The notes below the pieces were generated by a model that had not been told where the DNA came from, did not search any database, and saw only the letters and a program-made list of their open reading frames with translations. Both the position numbers and the translations under genes were made by a program. 64,000 bases of DNA from Longimicrobiales bacterium (GTDB lineage: Bacteria; Gemmatimonadota; Gemmatimonadetes; Longimicrobiales; Gaopeijiaceae): assembly GCA_965249725.1 (NCBI GenBank), contig CBDFMQ010000002.1, forward strand, positions 2,592,001 to 2,656,000. The letters run 5' to 3'. How positions within the stretch are numbered: position 1 is the first letter of the stretch; each line of letters starts with the position of its first letter. This document shows positions 39,069-49,026 of the stretch, piece after piece.

Positions 39069-39656
39069 CTACGCTCCGTCACCATTCGAAATCCCCTCGT
39101 CACCGGCACTACCGACCTCGCTCGAGGCTCCGTTACCGGCCGGTTCAATCTCCGGATCGCCTCGCTCCCTGAGTTTGGCGGTGAACGTGTCGAGCTCGTA
39201 CGACGTGGTCACCATGACGATCACCTGCTTCGGGAAGTCCTCGCGCTCGAGGTGCTCTCGCAGCACCGGCACCATGACGTCGGCGGCGGCCTCGGCATCC
39301 AGATTGCCTGCTCCCGTCCCTAGAGGCGGGAGTGCCAGGGTCTCGACGCCGAGACGACACGCATGCCTCAACCCGTTCACGAGCGCCTTTCGTACACCCG
39401 ATCGGGTTACGGGCTCCTCGCCGGACTGAACGACCACGTGGACCATGAAATCAGCGTGCAGCCCGCCGCCCGGAGTGATCACGGCACCTCCGACCGGGAG
39501 CTCACCCATCCGCTCGACTCGCTCCTCGAGGTCTGCACCAGCAGCCGCGCCCACCGCCCGACCCAGGCTCGTCACCGGTTCCAGGTTCGAGCTGACGGCC
39601 CGAACCACGCAATCGACTTCAGCCACCACCAGATCGGCGTTCCTGACCTCGATCAT
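39069..39656 (-). CDS. Macro domain protein
   Basis: GGAVITPGG, VHVV, LALPPLGTGAG. Confidence 0.8.
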   Translation of the reverse strand: MIEVRNADLVVAEVDCVVRAVSSNLEPVTSLGRAVGAAAGADLEERVERMGELPVGGAVITPGGGLHADFMVHVVVQSGEEPVTRSGVRKALVNGLRHACRLGVETLALPPLGTGAGNLDAEAAADVMVPVLREHLEREDFPKQVIVMVTTSYELDTFTAKLRERGDPEIEPAGNGASSEVGSAGDEGISNGDGA

Positions 39657-40627
39657 CAAACGTTCAGCTCTCTGGCACGTCGGTGCATCTCGGCCGCTCT
39701 CTCGGGCTCGTGCATTCTGTCGAAGAGCATTCCCAGGGTGTGGTAGGCACGCCAGTTGTGTGGCTCGAGCTCGATGACCCGCTCCATCACGGGGACCGCC
39801 TCATCCACACGACCCAGCCTGTTGAGAGCCTCGCCCCGGTAGAAGTGGGCCGCGCTGTGATCGGGATCGCGCCTACATACACCGCGAAGGCCCGCCTCGG
39901 CGTCGGCGTAGAGCCCTTTACGAAACGCCAAGAGCCCTTCTTTGACGCGCACCTCGACACTCGCCGGCTCGAGGCTGAGCGCCACCTGCAGCTCGGCATC
40001 GGCATCCTCGAATCGACCCACGGCTCCGTAGGCCGCGCCGAGGCTCGCGCGCACTCGGGCGTTGTTCGGGTCCAGCTCGCTGGCCGCGAGGAAGCGTTCG
40101 ATGGCCAGCTCGGGACGTCCCAAGTCATCGTACAGGGTGCCGAGACCGAACTGAGCCTCGGAGTGGAACGGAGTCTCGGTCAGAATCTGGATATAGAGCC
40201 GGACGGCGTCCTGCAGACGGCCTTCGGCGGCGGTGCGAACGGCCGTCGCCAAGCGCTCGTCCTCTACCGGAAGATCCTCTGCTGGGAGCTCGTCCGCGGG
40301 GAGTTCGTCCGCCGGGAGCTCGTCCGCCGGGAGCTCGTCCGCCGCGAGATCGTCGAGACCGACCCCGTGATCGTGATCAGTGGACTCGACCTCCGGGGAC
40401 TCCTCGGACTCCTGATCGACTGCTTCATCGACGACTTCGGCCAGGTCGCTCACGAACACCACGGGGATCACCTCGTTCCCCCCATCGACGTCCCCATCGA
40501 CGTCCCCGGCGACGTCCCCGTCCTTGTCGATCTCTTCGAGGAGGTCTCCCTGGACCGGCGGCTCGTCGGATTCCTCCGCGGCCTTCGCCCTTCTCCTTCG
40601 GCTCGGCTTACGGTTCTTTCTTGCCAT
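39656..40627 (-). CDS. TPR protein with acidic N-terminus
   Basis: About five TPR units; (ELPAD)n 15-bp repeat near 40269-40343. Confidence 0.85.
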   Translation of the reverse strand: MARKNRKPSRRRRAKAAEESDEPPVQGDLLEEIDKDGDVAGDVDGDVDGGNEVIPVVFVSDLAEVVDEAVDQESEESPEVESTDHDHGVGLDDLAADELPADELPADELPADELPAEDLPVEDERLATAVRTAAEGRLQDAVRLYIQILTETPFHSEAQFGLGTLYDDLGRPELAIERFLAASELDPNNARVRASLGAAYGAVGRFEDADAELQVALSLEPASVEVRVKEGLLAFRKGLYADAEAGLRGVCRRDPDHSAAHFYRGEALNRLGRVDEAVPVMERVIELEPHNWRAYHTLGMLFDRMHEPERAAEMHRRARELNV

Positions 40628-40964
40628 CGGAAGACTCCGCCCGTGTGTACTCACGCACCCAATCGAGGTAGGGCTCATGCCCACCCTCGACCACCAACGT
40701 CAGCACTTCGGGAACGTCGTACGCATGCAACTCCGCGACCCTCTCGGCGAGTTTCGCCGCTCGGCTCGCACTCGTTTTCAAGGTAAGCAGAACTTCGGTC
40801 TCCTCCCGCATACTCCCCTCCCACTCGAACACGGAGGTGACCTCAGGTAGCACGTTGCCGCAGGCGGCAAGTCCCTCTTCCACGACCTGCCGGACCAGGG
40901 CGAGACCGCTGGGTCGGTCGCCGGCAGTGACGAACACGACCCTGACGTCCGACGGATGCGTCAC
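40608..40964 (-). CDS. cutA: Divalent-cation tolerance protein CutA
   Basis: LAACGN, SVFEWEG, HAYDVPE. Confidence 0.9.
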   Translation of the reverse strand: MTHPSDVRVVFVTAGDRPSGLALVRQVVEEGLAACGNVLPEVTSVFEWEGSMREETEVLLTLKTSASRAAKLAERVAELHAYDVPEVLTLVVEGGHEPYLDWVREYTRAESSDGKKEP

Positions 40965-42817
40965 GGCTCGAGGAAGACTGTCTGATCCAGATTCTCTTCC
41001 CGATAGAAGGCCTCGATGAGCTCCCGATAGCGCGCCTCGACGGCTCTCCGCTTCACCTTCTGCGTCGGGGTCAGCGTGCCGTCCTCAATGGTGAAGGGGG
41101 ATTCCACCAAACCGATCTTCTTAGGCGTCTCGTAGCGCGCCAGTCCCCGCAGGGCGCCGAAGACCTGCTCCTCCATGAGTTCGTGCACTTCCGTCCGGGC
41201 CAGCAAGGCCGCGGGGTCGGAGACCTCGAGACCGATCTTCCGGGCCCAGGACTCCAGGTTCGGAAAGCTCGGGACGATGAGGATCACACAGAAGCTCTGG
41301 CGATCGCCGATCATCACCGCCTGCTCTACGAAGTCGTTCGTCTTCAGGAGGTTCTCGATCGGCTGGGGGGCGATGTTCTTCCCTCCAGCGGTGACGATGA
41401 TGTCCTTGATCCTGTCCGTGATCCGGAGAAAGCCGTCCTCGTCGATCTCGCCGACATCCCCCGAGTGGAACCACCCCTCCGCGTCGATGGCCTCGGCGGT
41501 CGCCTCCGGCAGATTGTAGTAGCCCTTCATCACCTGTGGGCCACGAATGAGGATCTCACCGCTCTCTGCAATACGAATCTCGGTGCCGGGCACGGGCTTG
41601 CCGACCGTGCCGATCCGGAAATCGTCGAACGTGTTCACGTTGGTTACCGGACTCGTCTCCGTCAGGCCATAGCCCTCGTGGATCCGGATCCCACAGGCGA
41701 AGAAGAAGCGATTGATGTCAGGGGCCAAGGGCGCTCCACCGCTGATGAAGTAACGGACCCGACCACCCATGGCCGCACGGATCTTCTTGAAGACCAGGGC
41801 ATCGGCGATGCGGTACACCGCCTTCAGAACGCCGCTCGGCTCGCGACCGGCCAGAGTCTCGTCGGCCCAGGCATCCCCGACCTCCCTCGCCCACTGGACG
41901 AGTCTCTTCTTCAGCCCCTCGGCCTCCATCACGGCGTTGTAGACCTTCTCATACAGGCGGGGGACGGATGGTATGATGGAAGGCCGCACCACCTTCATGT
42001 CGGTGGCCACACTCAGCATCGAGTGAGCGTACGTGGCCGTGACACCCTGCGAGAACAACAGATAGCTGACCATGCGCTGGAGCACATGCGAGAGCGGGAG
42101 GAAGACCAGCGCCGTGTCACCATCCCTGGGTGGCAGTACCTGGGACGCCGCCCAGACGTTGGTCCACAGGTTGTTGTGGGTGAGCATCACCCCTTTGGGA
42201 TTTCCAGTCGTTCCCGACGTGTAGAGCAGGGTGGCCAGGTCGTCGGGCTTGGTCTCCAGGGCCGCGGCTCGGAAGGCTACATCGTCCATCTCCGCAACGA
42301 CCTCGCGACCCTTCGCGAGAAAGTCCTCCCAAACCACGACGCCGTCCGGTAGCGAGTCCGAAGCATCGAACACCACAATCTGGAGGTCCCGGCCGACTTG
42401 CCGGGCCGCAGCACTCGCCTTCTGCGCCTGGTCCCGCGTCGACGCGAAGATGAGCGATACCCCTGCGTTCTCGACGATGTACGCTACCTGGGGGACGGTC
42501 AGAGTGCTGTAGATCGGTACGTCCAAAACACCGTTGCAGATGCAGGCATAATCGCAGACGGACCACTCGAATCGGGTCTCAGAAAGGATCGCCGCCCGGT
42601 CGCCCGCCTCGAGTCCCAACGCCTTGAGCCCACCTGCAACGACCCGCACGAGGTCGTATACCGCCCCGTAGGTCAGATCCTCGAGATGGTCGTCGTCTCC
42701 GGGGAAGTACCGGAACCCGAGTTGATCGCGCCGTTCGTCCACAGCCGAGAGGAAGAGCTGGCTCAGCGTCCCCGGCGGGAGATCAGCGGGATTGGACACG
42801 TAGTCTAGAGAGCCCAT
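40961..42817 (-). CDS. Long-chain fatty acid-CoA ligase
   Basis: YTSGTTGNPKG, EGYGLTE, WFHSGD, TPTQK. Confidence 0.92.
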   Translation of the reverse strand: MGSLDYVSNPADLPPGTLSQLFLSAVDERRDQLGFRYFPGDDDHLEDLTYGAVYDLVRVVAGGLKALGLEAGDRAAILSETRFEWSVCDYACICNGVLDVPIYSTLTVPQVAYIVENAGVSLIFASTRDQAQKASAAARQVGRDLQIVVFDASDSLPDGVVVWEDFLAKGREVVAEMDDVAFRAAALETKPDDLATLLYTSGTTGNPKGVMLTHNNLWTNVWAASQVLPPRDGDTALVFLPLSHVLQRMVSYLLFSQGVTATYAHSMLSVATDMKVVRPSIIPSVPRLYEKVYNAVMEAEGLKKRLVQWAREVGDAWADETLAGREPSGVLKAVYRIADALVFKKIRAAMGGRVRYFISGGAPLAPDINRFFFACGIRIHEGYGLTETSPVTNVNTFDDFRIGTVGKPVPGTEIRIAESGEILIRGPQVMKGYYNLPEATAEAIDAEGWFHSGDVGEIDEDGFLRITDRIKDIIVTAGGKNIAPQPIENLLKTNDFVEQAVMIGDRQSFCVILIVPSFPNLESWARKIGLEVSDPAALLARTEVHELMEEQVFGALRGLARYETPKKIGLVESPFTIEDGTLTPTQKVKRRAVEARYRELIEAFYREENLDQTVFLEP

Positions 42818-42866
42818 CCGATTCTCCTGTAGCTCTATGGGATCGCTGGAACGGGACCCACGGTCC

Positions 42867-43280
42867 TCAGACGCCCTCGACGACGGTCTCGAACTCGAGA
42901 TCCGGACGGAGGGTGTGGAGGACGCTGCAGTACGTGTCGGACGACAGCTGAATCGCGCGATCCACCTTGGGCCGCTCCTCTGCCGCCACACCTCCCAACA
43001 CGAAAGTCATACAGATCCGCCTGAAGTACCTGGGCTGATCGGGGTTCCGGTCGCCGTCGGCGCGAACCTCGAGGGAGCTCAACTCGACACGACCCTTCTG
43101 CAGAATCATCACCACGTCGATGGCCATGCAGCCCATCAGCCCCAAGAGCAGCGACTCCATCGGAGAGGGTCCGGCCTGGCTGGATCCGTCGATGGTCACC
43201 TCGGGTCCGGAACCGGAGCGACCCTCAAAGACGTCGCCCTGCCCGGTCCACCGCAGGGTGGCCTGCTTAGAAAAGGTCAT
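42867..43280 (-). CDS. OsmC family protein
   Basis: PSPMESLLLGLMGC, YCSV. Confidence 0.88.
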   Translation of the reverse strand: MTFSKQATLRWTGQGDVFEGRSGSGPEVTIDGSSQAGPSPMESLLLGLMGCMAIDVVMILQKGRVELSSLEVRADGDRNPDQPRYFRRICMTFVLGGVAAEERPKVDRAIQLSSDTYCSVLHTLRPDLEFETVVEGV

Positions 43281-43734
43281 CCTGGGTGTGTTGGGGACCC
43301 TCTGCAGCAGGCGCGGATCCACCCTCTCCAGTGAGTCTAGCGAGGGTTTCCCGGGCGTGGGACACGTGCTCGCCGGCGTCCTGGCCAACAGGCGCGTGCT
43401 CCAGGAAGGCCCGCAGGTGTGGGATGGCTTCCGGCTCCTGCCCTGCCCTCACGAGGAGGAACGCGAGACCGTAATGAGCCCCTGGCGCGTTGGGGTTCTT
43501 CTGAAGCACGTGCCGATATGTCTTGGCGGCCTCTTCCGTCATGCCGATCCGAGTGTACGAGATCGCGATCTGCTGGAGCACCACCGAGTCGCCGGGCGAT
43601 TCCTTGAGTGCGAGCCGAAAGGACGTGAGGGCTTCGTGAAACTTGCCCTCCGCCATCAAAGCGAGGCCCTCGTCATAGTAGGCGACGCGTCCGGTGTCCC
43701 CGGATGTGCCGAAAACCTTTTTCCACCATGCCAT
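43267..43734 (-). CDS. TPR protein
   Basis: About three TPR units. Confidence 0.8.
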   Translation of the reverse strand: MAWWKKVFGTSGDTGRVAYYDEGLALMAEGKFHEALTSFRLALKESPGDSVVLQQIAISYTRIGMTEEAAKTYRHVLQKNPNAPGAHYGLAFLLVRAGQEPEAIPHLRAFLEHAPVGQDAGEHVSHARETLARLTGEGGSAPAAEGPQHTQDDLF

Positions 43735-43851
43735 GGAGGAAGCTCGGCCGCGAGAAATGGTGTAGCGAGACGGGTGAACGGATCACCGCGAAACGCCGAA
43801 TTGGGTTGGGAACGAAAGTAGAGAAGCCCGAAATGCCACGCAACGACAGGC

Positions 43852-44472
43852 TTACTGTCGAGCCGCCACCACAGCAGTCTCCTCCGAGACCAGAAGCTCG
43901 AGTCCGGCTTGCTCCAACGCGGAATCCCAGCCTTCGACACCACCCCACACGACCACACGGCCCAGGCGCGACACTACGCGCGCGGCCTCGGCGGCGAGGT
44001 TCCCCTCGTCTCCGAACATGGCCAGGCCCCGAAGGCTCTGATCCCGGAACGGTAACCGGGAGCCGGCCGTCAGTCGGCTGACTCCGTCGGCTTCGCTCCA
44101 ACCGCGAAGATCCGGCGAAATGCCTACGACCTCGACGGATGGCAGCTTCTCAGCGAGCGCACCGGCATGGCCGGCCATGCGCCCAAGGAGGACAAGGTGA
44201 CCGGCACCCTCGGTGATGCCGAGCAAGCCGGCTACCTCTATGAGCGTCGGAGATTCCGGCTCCTGGAGCGTCTCGCCGTCCGCGACCCCGCTCCTGGGCG
44301 GAGGCCGGAGGTCACCGAATCCGGCCCGGACGGGGTAGCGATCCCTGCAGTTTGGACAGCCGAGTTCACCCTCCAGGACACGCCGGTCCTCGAGGCGGTC
44401 GGCGAGAAGGATCAACCCGAACTCGGGCCCACAGCGGGGGCACGTGAGGCGGTCGGTGAGCAGCAGATCCAT
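43852..44472 (-). CDS. Trm112-like Zn-ribbon plus methyltransferase-like protein
   Basis: LTCPRC...LGCPNC..YPV; LPFRDQS, EAARV. Confidence 0.65.
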   Translation of the reverse strand: MDLLLTDRLTCPRCGPEFGLILLADRLEDRRVLEGELGCPNCRDRYPVRAGFGDLRPPPRSGVADGETLQEPESPTLIEVAGLLGITEGAGHLVLLGRMAGHAGALAEKLPSVEVVGISPDLRGWSEADGVSRLTAGSRLPFRDQSLRGLAMFGDEGNLAAEAARVVSRLGRVVVWGGVEGWDSALEQAGLELLVSEETAVVAARQ

Positions 44473-44509
44473 GGGGCCCGAGCGGACCTTGGTTAGGGAC
44501 CGGTGAGCA

Positions 44510-45097
44510 CTAGGACAACGGGCTGTGGTCGGCCATGCAGAGGCGGAGGAACTCGTCACGCGTCTTCTGATCACCGAGGAACGTGCCGCGCATGGCCGAC
44601 GTGATCGTCTTCGAGTTCTGCTTCTGAACCCCCCGCATCATCATGCACAGGTGGTAGGCCTCGACGACCACCCCCGCGCCCTCGGGTTCGACCAAGTCCC
44701 AGAGCGCCTGCACGATCTGCTCGGTCAAACGCTCCTGCACCTGAAGGCGACGAGCGAACACCTCGACCAGGCGAGCGGTCTTGGACAAGCCGACGATCTT
44801 GCCGTTCGGGATGTAGGCCACATGGACCTTGCCGAAGAACGGCAGCAGGTGGTGCTCGCAGAGCGAGTACATCTCGATGTCCTTCACCATCACCATGTTG
44901 CGATGGGACTCCTCGAAGAGAGCGTCGTTGATGACCTCCCCCGGAGACATGTCATAGCCCCGCGTCAAGAAAGACATCGACTTCGACACCCTTTCGGGGG
45001 TCTGCCTCAGCCCTTCACGATCCGGGTCGTCACCGAGCCGGCGGATCATCTCGGCCACCAAGTCCTCGAAGGAGGCTCCTGAAAGCTCACTACTCAC
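44510..45097 (-). CDS. folE: GTP cyclohydrolase I
   Basis: [31 protein letters not shown]. Confidence 0.96.
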   Translation of the reverse strand: MSSELSGASFEDLVAEMIRRLGDDPDREGLRQTPERVSKSMSFLTRGYDMSPGEVINDALFEESHRNMVMVKDIEMYSLCEHHLLPFFGKVHVAYIPNGKIVGLSKTARLVEVFARRLQVQERLTEQIVQALWDLVEPEGAGVVVEAYHLCMMMRGVQKQNSKTITSAMRGTFLGDQKTRDEFLRLCMADHSPLS

Positions 45098-45506
45098 CGG
45101 TGTACTCCACGTAGCTGCGAGGGGTCTCCCAGAGCGTGAGCTTGCTCAGCTCCACTCCTTCCGGCAGGCCGTCGGCGAGCCGGTTCCAGATTGCAACCAC
45201 CAGGTTTTCGGCCGAGGAGATGAGCCCCGTCATCCAAGGCACGTCGAGGTCGAGATTCTTGTGATCGAGATCCTGGATCACACGCGAGTCCACGAGGGAC
45301 TTCAACTCTCTGAAGTCGATAACGAATCCGGTTGCCGGATCGACCGGACCCTCGACCGTCACCTGAAGACCGTAATTGTGTCCGTGCCAGTTGGGATTGG
45401 CACAACCGCCGTATACCTCCTGGTTGCGCTCCTCCGTCCAGTCGGGATTGAACAACCGGTGTGCGGCGCTGAACTCTAGCTCCGTCGTGACTTTCACCCG
45501 GGGCAT
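45090..45506 (-). CDS. queD: 6-carboxytetrahydropterin/6-pyruvoyl-tetrahydropterin synthase
   Basis: FSAAHRL, HGHNY, LDH, ETP. Confidence 0.85.
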   Translation of the reverse strand: MPRVKVTTELEFSAAHRLFNPDWTEERNQEVYGGCANPNWHGHNYGLQVTVEGPVDPATGFVIDFRELKSLVDSRVIQDLDHKNLDLDVPWMTGLISSAENLVVAIWNRLADGLPEGVELSKLTLWETPRSYVEYTGE

Positions 45507-45623
45507 GGGCTCCTCGTTGACGATTCAGGGCATGATCGATTCAAGTCGTACTCGGCACGCAACTTAGCGGAACAGCTACCGCGTCGCATGGCCGAGACAC
45601 TTCAGATGCCCCAGACTTAGGGC

Positions 45624-46370
45624 ATGCAGAATACGGAATCGAAAGTGGCGCTCGTGACGGGCGGTGCCCAACGCATAGGCGCCGAGTTGTGCCGGACCCT
45701 CCACGCGGCCGGGTACCACCTTGCGGTGCACTACCGTAGCTCCGGCGAGGCGGCCGAGGCCCTCGCCGAGGAGCTGAACGGTGTCAGGAGCGGATCGGCG
45801 GCGTCTTTCGTGGGCACGCTGGGTCCACGCGGTGCCGCAGAGGATCTGGCGAGCGAGGTCATAAGCCATTTCGGCCGCTTGGATCTGCTTGTGAACAACG
45901 CTTCGAGCTTCTATCCGACACCCATCGGTGGCGTCAGCGAAGAGGATTGGGACACGCTGATGGACAGCAACCTCAAGGGGCCCCTCTTCCTGTGCCAGGC
46001 GCTGTCACCCGCTCTGGGGCAGACCGGAGGGAGCATCGTCAACATGATCGACATACACGGCGAGCGACCCCTGGCCGATCATGCCGTCTACAGCACGGCA
46101 AAGGCAGGGTTGGCCATGCTGACGCGGTCCCTGGCCCGGGAGCTGGCTCCGACGGTCCGGGTGAACGGCATCGCCCCCGGGGCGATCCTCTGGCCTCAGA
46201 GTGACGACGAGGAGGACGCCGAGCGGCGGGAGCGCCAGCTGCTGAGGGTGCCGCTCGGGCGGAAGGGAGAGCCGCAGGACATCGCGGAGGCCGTACTGTT
46301 CCTCGCCGACCGCGCTCCATTCATCACCGGTCAGATTATCGCGGTGGATGGCGGGCGAAGCCTGACCTGA
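45624..46370 (+). CDS. folM: Pteridine/dihydromonapterin reductase (FolM-like SDR)
   Basis: TGGAQRIG, NNASSFY, DIH, YSTAK; folate context. Confidence 0.8.
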   Translation: MQNTESKVALVTGGAQRIGAELCRTLHAAGYHLAVHYRSSGEAAEALAEELNGVRSGSAASFVGTLGPRGAAEDLASEVISHFGRLDLLVNNASSFYPTPIGGVSEEDWDTLMDSNLKGPLFLCQALSPALGQTGGSIVNMIDIHGERPLADHAVYSTAKAGLAMLTRSLARELAPTVRVNGIAPGAILWPQSDDEEDAERRERQLLRVPLGRKGEPQDIAEAVLFLADRAPFITGQIIAVDGGRSLT

Positions 46371-46568
46371 GGTTGCCCCGCTCGCTCGGGAGGCTAGGGA
46401 ATGACCTGCGGACTCGATAGCCGCTTGAGGCCAGACGGTACAGTGGAGTGGCGGCACTCCCATGTACGGGTTCACGAGTAGCAGCCTCGGCCGGTCCTTC
46501 GAGAAGATTCTGTTCGTCGAAGGGATCTCGGTTCTACCCTAGCCGTTACGTCAGGCGATATCCCGCTG

Positions 46569-47087
46569 TCAGGTCTCGGCCCTGGAGATCTGCACCCCGT
46601 TCCAGACGAAATCCACGCGCCACAACGCCTGGTCGCCCAAGTCGAAATCCTCCCACAACTCGGCGTAGCTGCGACCTATCGAGGGGTGTCTCTCCCCTCC
46701 GGCGATCTCGGCCAGCGGCCGTAGAACGAACGCGTTCTCGGTGATCTCCTGCCGGGGGAGCGAGACACCGTCGATCACGCCGGCGTGGTCGGCATACGTG
46801 AGAAGGTCCAGATCGAGCGTGCGGGCACTGAAGCGCGGAGTGTCTCTACGCCGTCCACCTCGATCCTCGATCGCCCGCAGCATCTGTGCCAGGGCTTCAA
46901 CACTCAGGGTGGTGTCGATACCCACGACGAGGTTGTAGAAGGGGTCTCCCTCGAATCCCACGGACTCGCTCTCGAAGACGGAAGACAACACGAGCTCCCC
47001 GCAGACCTCAGAGAGAGCATCCAAGGCGGCCTGTACGTGTCGTTCCCGCTCGATGTTGGTACCGACGCTGATATAGGCCCGAGCCAC
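46569..47087 (-). CDS. folK: 2-amino-4-hydroxy-6-hydroxymethyldihydropteridine diphosphokinase
   Basis: ISVGTN, FYNLV, RTLDLDLL, FVLRPLAEI. Confidence 0.92.
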   Translation of the reverse strand: MARAYISVGTNIERERHVQAALDALSEVCGELVLSSVFESESVGFEGDPFYNLVVGIDTTLSVEALAQMLRAIEDRGGRRRDTPRFSARTLDLDLLTYADHAGVIDGVSLPRQEITENAFVLRPLAEIAGGERHPSIGRSYAELWEDFDLGDQALWRVDFVWNGVQISRAET

Positions 47088-47088
47088 C

Positions 47089-47184
47089 TACCGGCCCACG
47101 TACCGGCCCACGTACCGGCCCACGTACCGGCCCACGTACCGGCCCACGTACCGGCCCACGTACCGGCTCACGTACCGGCCCACG
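47089..47184. repeat. 12-bp tandem repeat x8 between folB and folK
   Basis: TACCGGCCCACG units, one variant TACCGGCTCACG. Confidence 0.95.
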
Positions 47185-47207
47185 GCCGAAGCGTGATCAC
47201 CCGGCAT

Positions 47208-47564
47208 CTACGACCGCTCTCCCCGCTCGATGATGACGCCCACATCCGCGGCCCCAGTCACGGCGCCAGGTTTTCCAACTCGCAACCGCAGCCACTTCAC
47301 GCCGAATTCCTCCTGCACGATGTCCGAAACCGCCTCCGCCATCCTCTCCACCAACAGGAACTCGGTTCCTTCGACGAATCCGCTGACGCGCTTGGCGACG
47401 GCCTTATAGTCGAGCGTATCGTCGATGTCATCGCTGCCGGCCGCCCCCCGGATGTCGGTGGCCATCTCCAGATCGAGGCTCACCGTCTGGCGCACCTCAC
47501 GTTCCCAGTCGTTGATCCCGATGATGGTGTCGATCTTCAGATCACGGATGTATACAACGTCCAT
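47208..47564 (-). CDS. folB: Dihydroneopterin aldolase
   Basis: IIGINDWER, LDY, LVER, KPGAV; AGGAGG RBS. Confidence 0.93.
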   Translation of the reverse strand: MDVVYIRDLKIDTIIGINDWEREVRQTVSLDLEMATDIRGAAGSDDIDDTLDYKAVAKRVSGFVEGTEFLLVERMAEAVSDIVQEEFGVKWLRLRVGKPGAVTGAADVGVIIERGERS

Positions 47565-47621
47565 TACGCCTCCTGAAACGGGCCGAAGGATAGCAGAATC
47601 AGGCCTTGAGGTAGAGGGGCT

Positions 47622-48997
47622 TCAGACCACCTGCAGCTTCCACTTCCCCTTCCGGAACAGCCACGCCGCAACGACCGCCTCCATCGAGAAGGCGAGCATG
47701 ACGGAGAGGTGGACCCCCCAGGGGCCCAGCCCGACCACCGTGGCCAGCCACCACGCAAGAGGTATCTCCCAGAGCCAGAAGCAGAACAGGTTCACCCAGG
47801 TGGGCGTCCACGTGTCTCCGGCCCCGTTGAACGACTGAATCAGGACCATACCGTAGGCATAGAAGAAGAACCCGGCGGACACGGTTCTCAACGCGAGGAC
47901 CCCGTTTCGTACCGTATCGGGATCCTGCGTGAATGCCCGGATGATGGGGTCGGTGAAGACCATGAAGACGATCCCGACCGCACCCAGGACCAGGAAATTG
48001 ATGAAGCCCGCGATCCACACGGACTGCTCCGCCCGGTCCGGCTTCCCGGCCCCCAGGCCCTGCCCCACCATGGTGGCCGCCGCATTGCTCATACCCCAGG
48101 CGGGCAGGAGCGCGAACAAGACTACCCGGATCGCGATGGTGTAGCCGGCTAAGGCGGCGCTTCCGAAAATCGCGATGATCCTCATGAGCCCGATCCATGA
48201 AGCCGTTCCGATGAACGTCTGGAACGTCGCCGAGCCGGACAGCCGCACGAGCCTCCACATGATGTGGAAGTCCGGCCGTAGGTGGGCCCATGTGACGCTC
48301 ACTCGTCCGATGCCGCTGAACAGCGTGGCCAACTGGATGCACACTGCGGTGCCCCGCCCGATTACGGTCGACACCGCCGCCCCCGCCACCCCCAACTCCG
48401 GAAACGGGCCGACGCCGAAGATGAGCAGCGGGTCGAGGATCAGGTTGATGGTGTTGGCGATCCAGAGCACCCGCATGGCGATGGTCGCGTCGCCCGCCCC
48501 CCTGAACCCGGCGTTGATCAGGAAGAGCAGCAGAATCACCCCGTTGGCGCCAAGCATGATCGTGGCGTAATCCGTGCCGGCCGCGATCACCTCGTCACTG
48601 CCACCCATCCACCCCAGGAAGCGCTCGGCGTTGAGCACTCCGATCACACCGAGCACTGCGGCCACGCCGATCCCCAGGAGAATAGACTGCGCGGTAGTGC
48701 GGGACGCGGCCTCGGGATCTCGCTCGCCCGTGCGTCGCGCCACCATGGCCGTGACCCGATGCTCAGTCCCACCGCCACCGTATAGACCAGCGTGAGGAGG
48801 GACTCGGTGAGGCCCACGGCGGCAATGGCTTCGGCGCCTAGCCTGGATACCCAAAAGATGTCGACGACCGCGAAGACGGACTCCATCACCATCTCGAGGA
48901 CCATGGGTACGGCCAGCAGCAGAATGGCGCGGCCTATCGGCCCTTCGGTGAAGTCCTGATTGGTCCCGCGCAGTGACTCTTTGAGGTCAGCCCACAA
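47622..48997 (-). pseudogene. MATE efflux transporter with a single frameshift
   Basis: N-terminal MATE frame (…VAVGLSIG) switches to the C-terminal frame (VTAMVARRTG) at CCC 48755-48757. Confidence 0.8.
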
Positions 48998-49026
48998 TCC
49001 CGCTCTCGGGGCTTCGGACGGAGGGG

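Noticed and set aside
47089..47184. Short repeat run as CRISPR
   Set aside because: Head-to-tail 12-mers with no spacers
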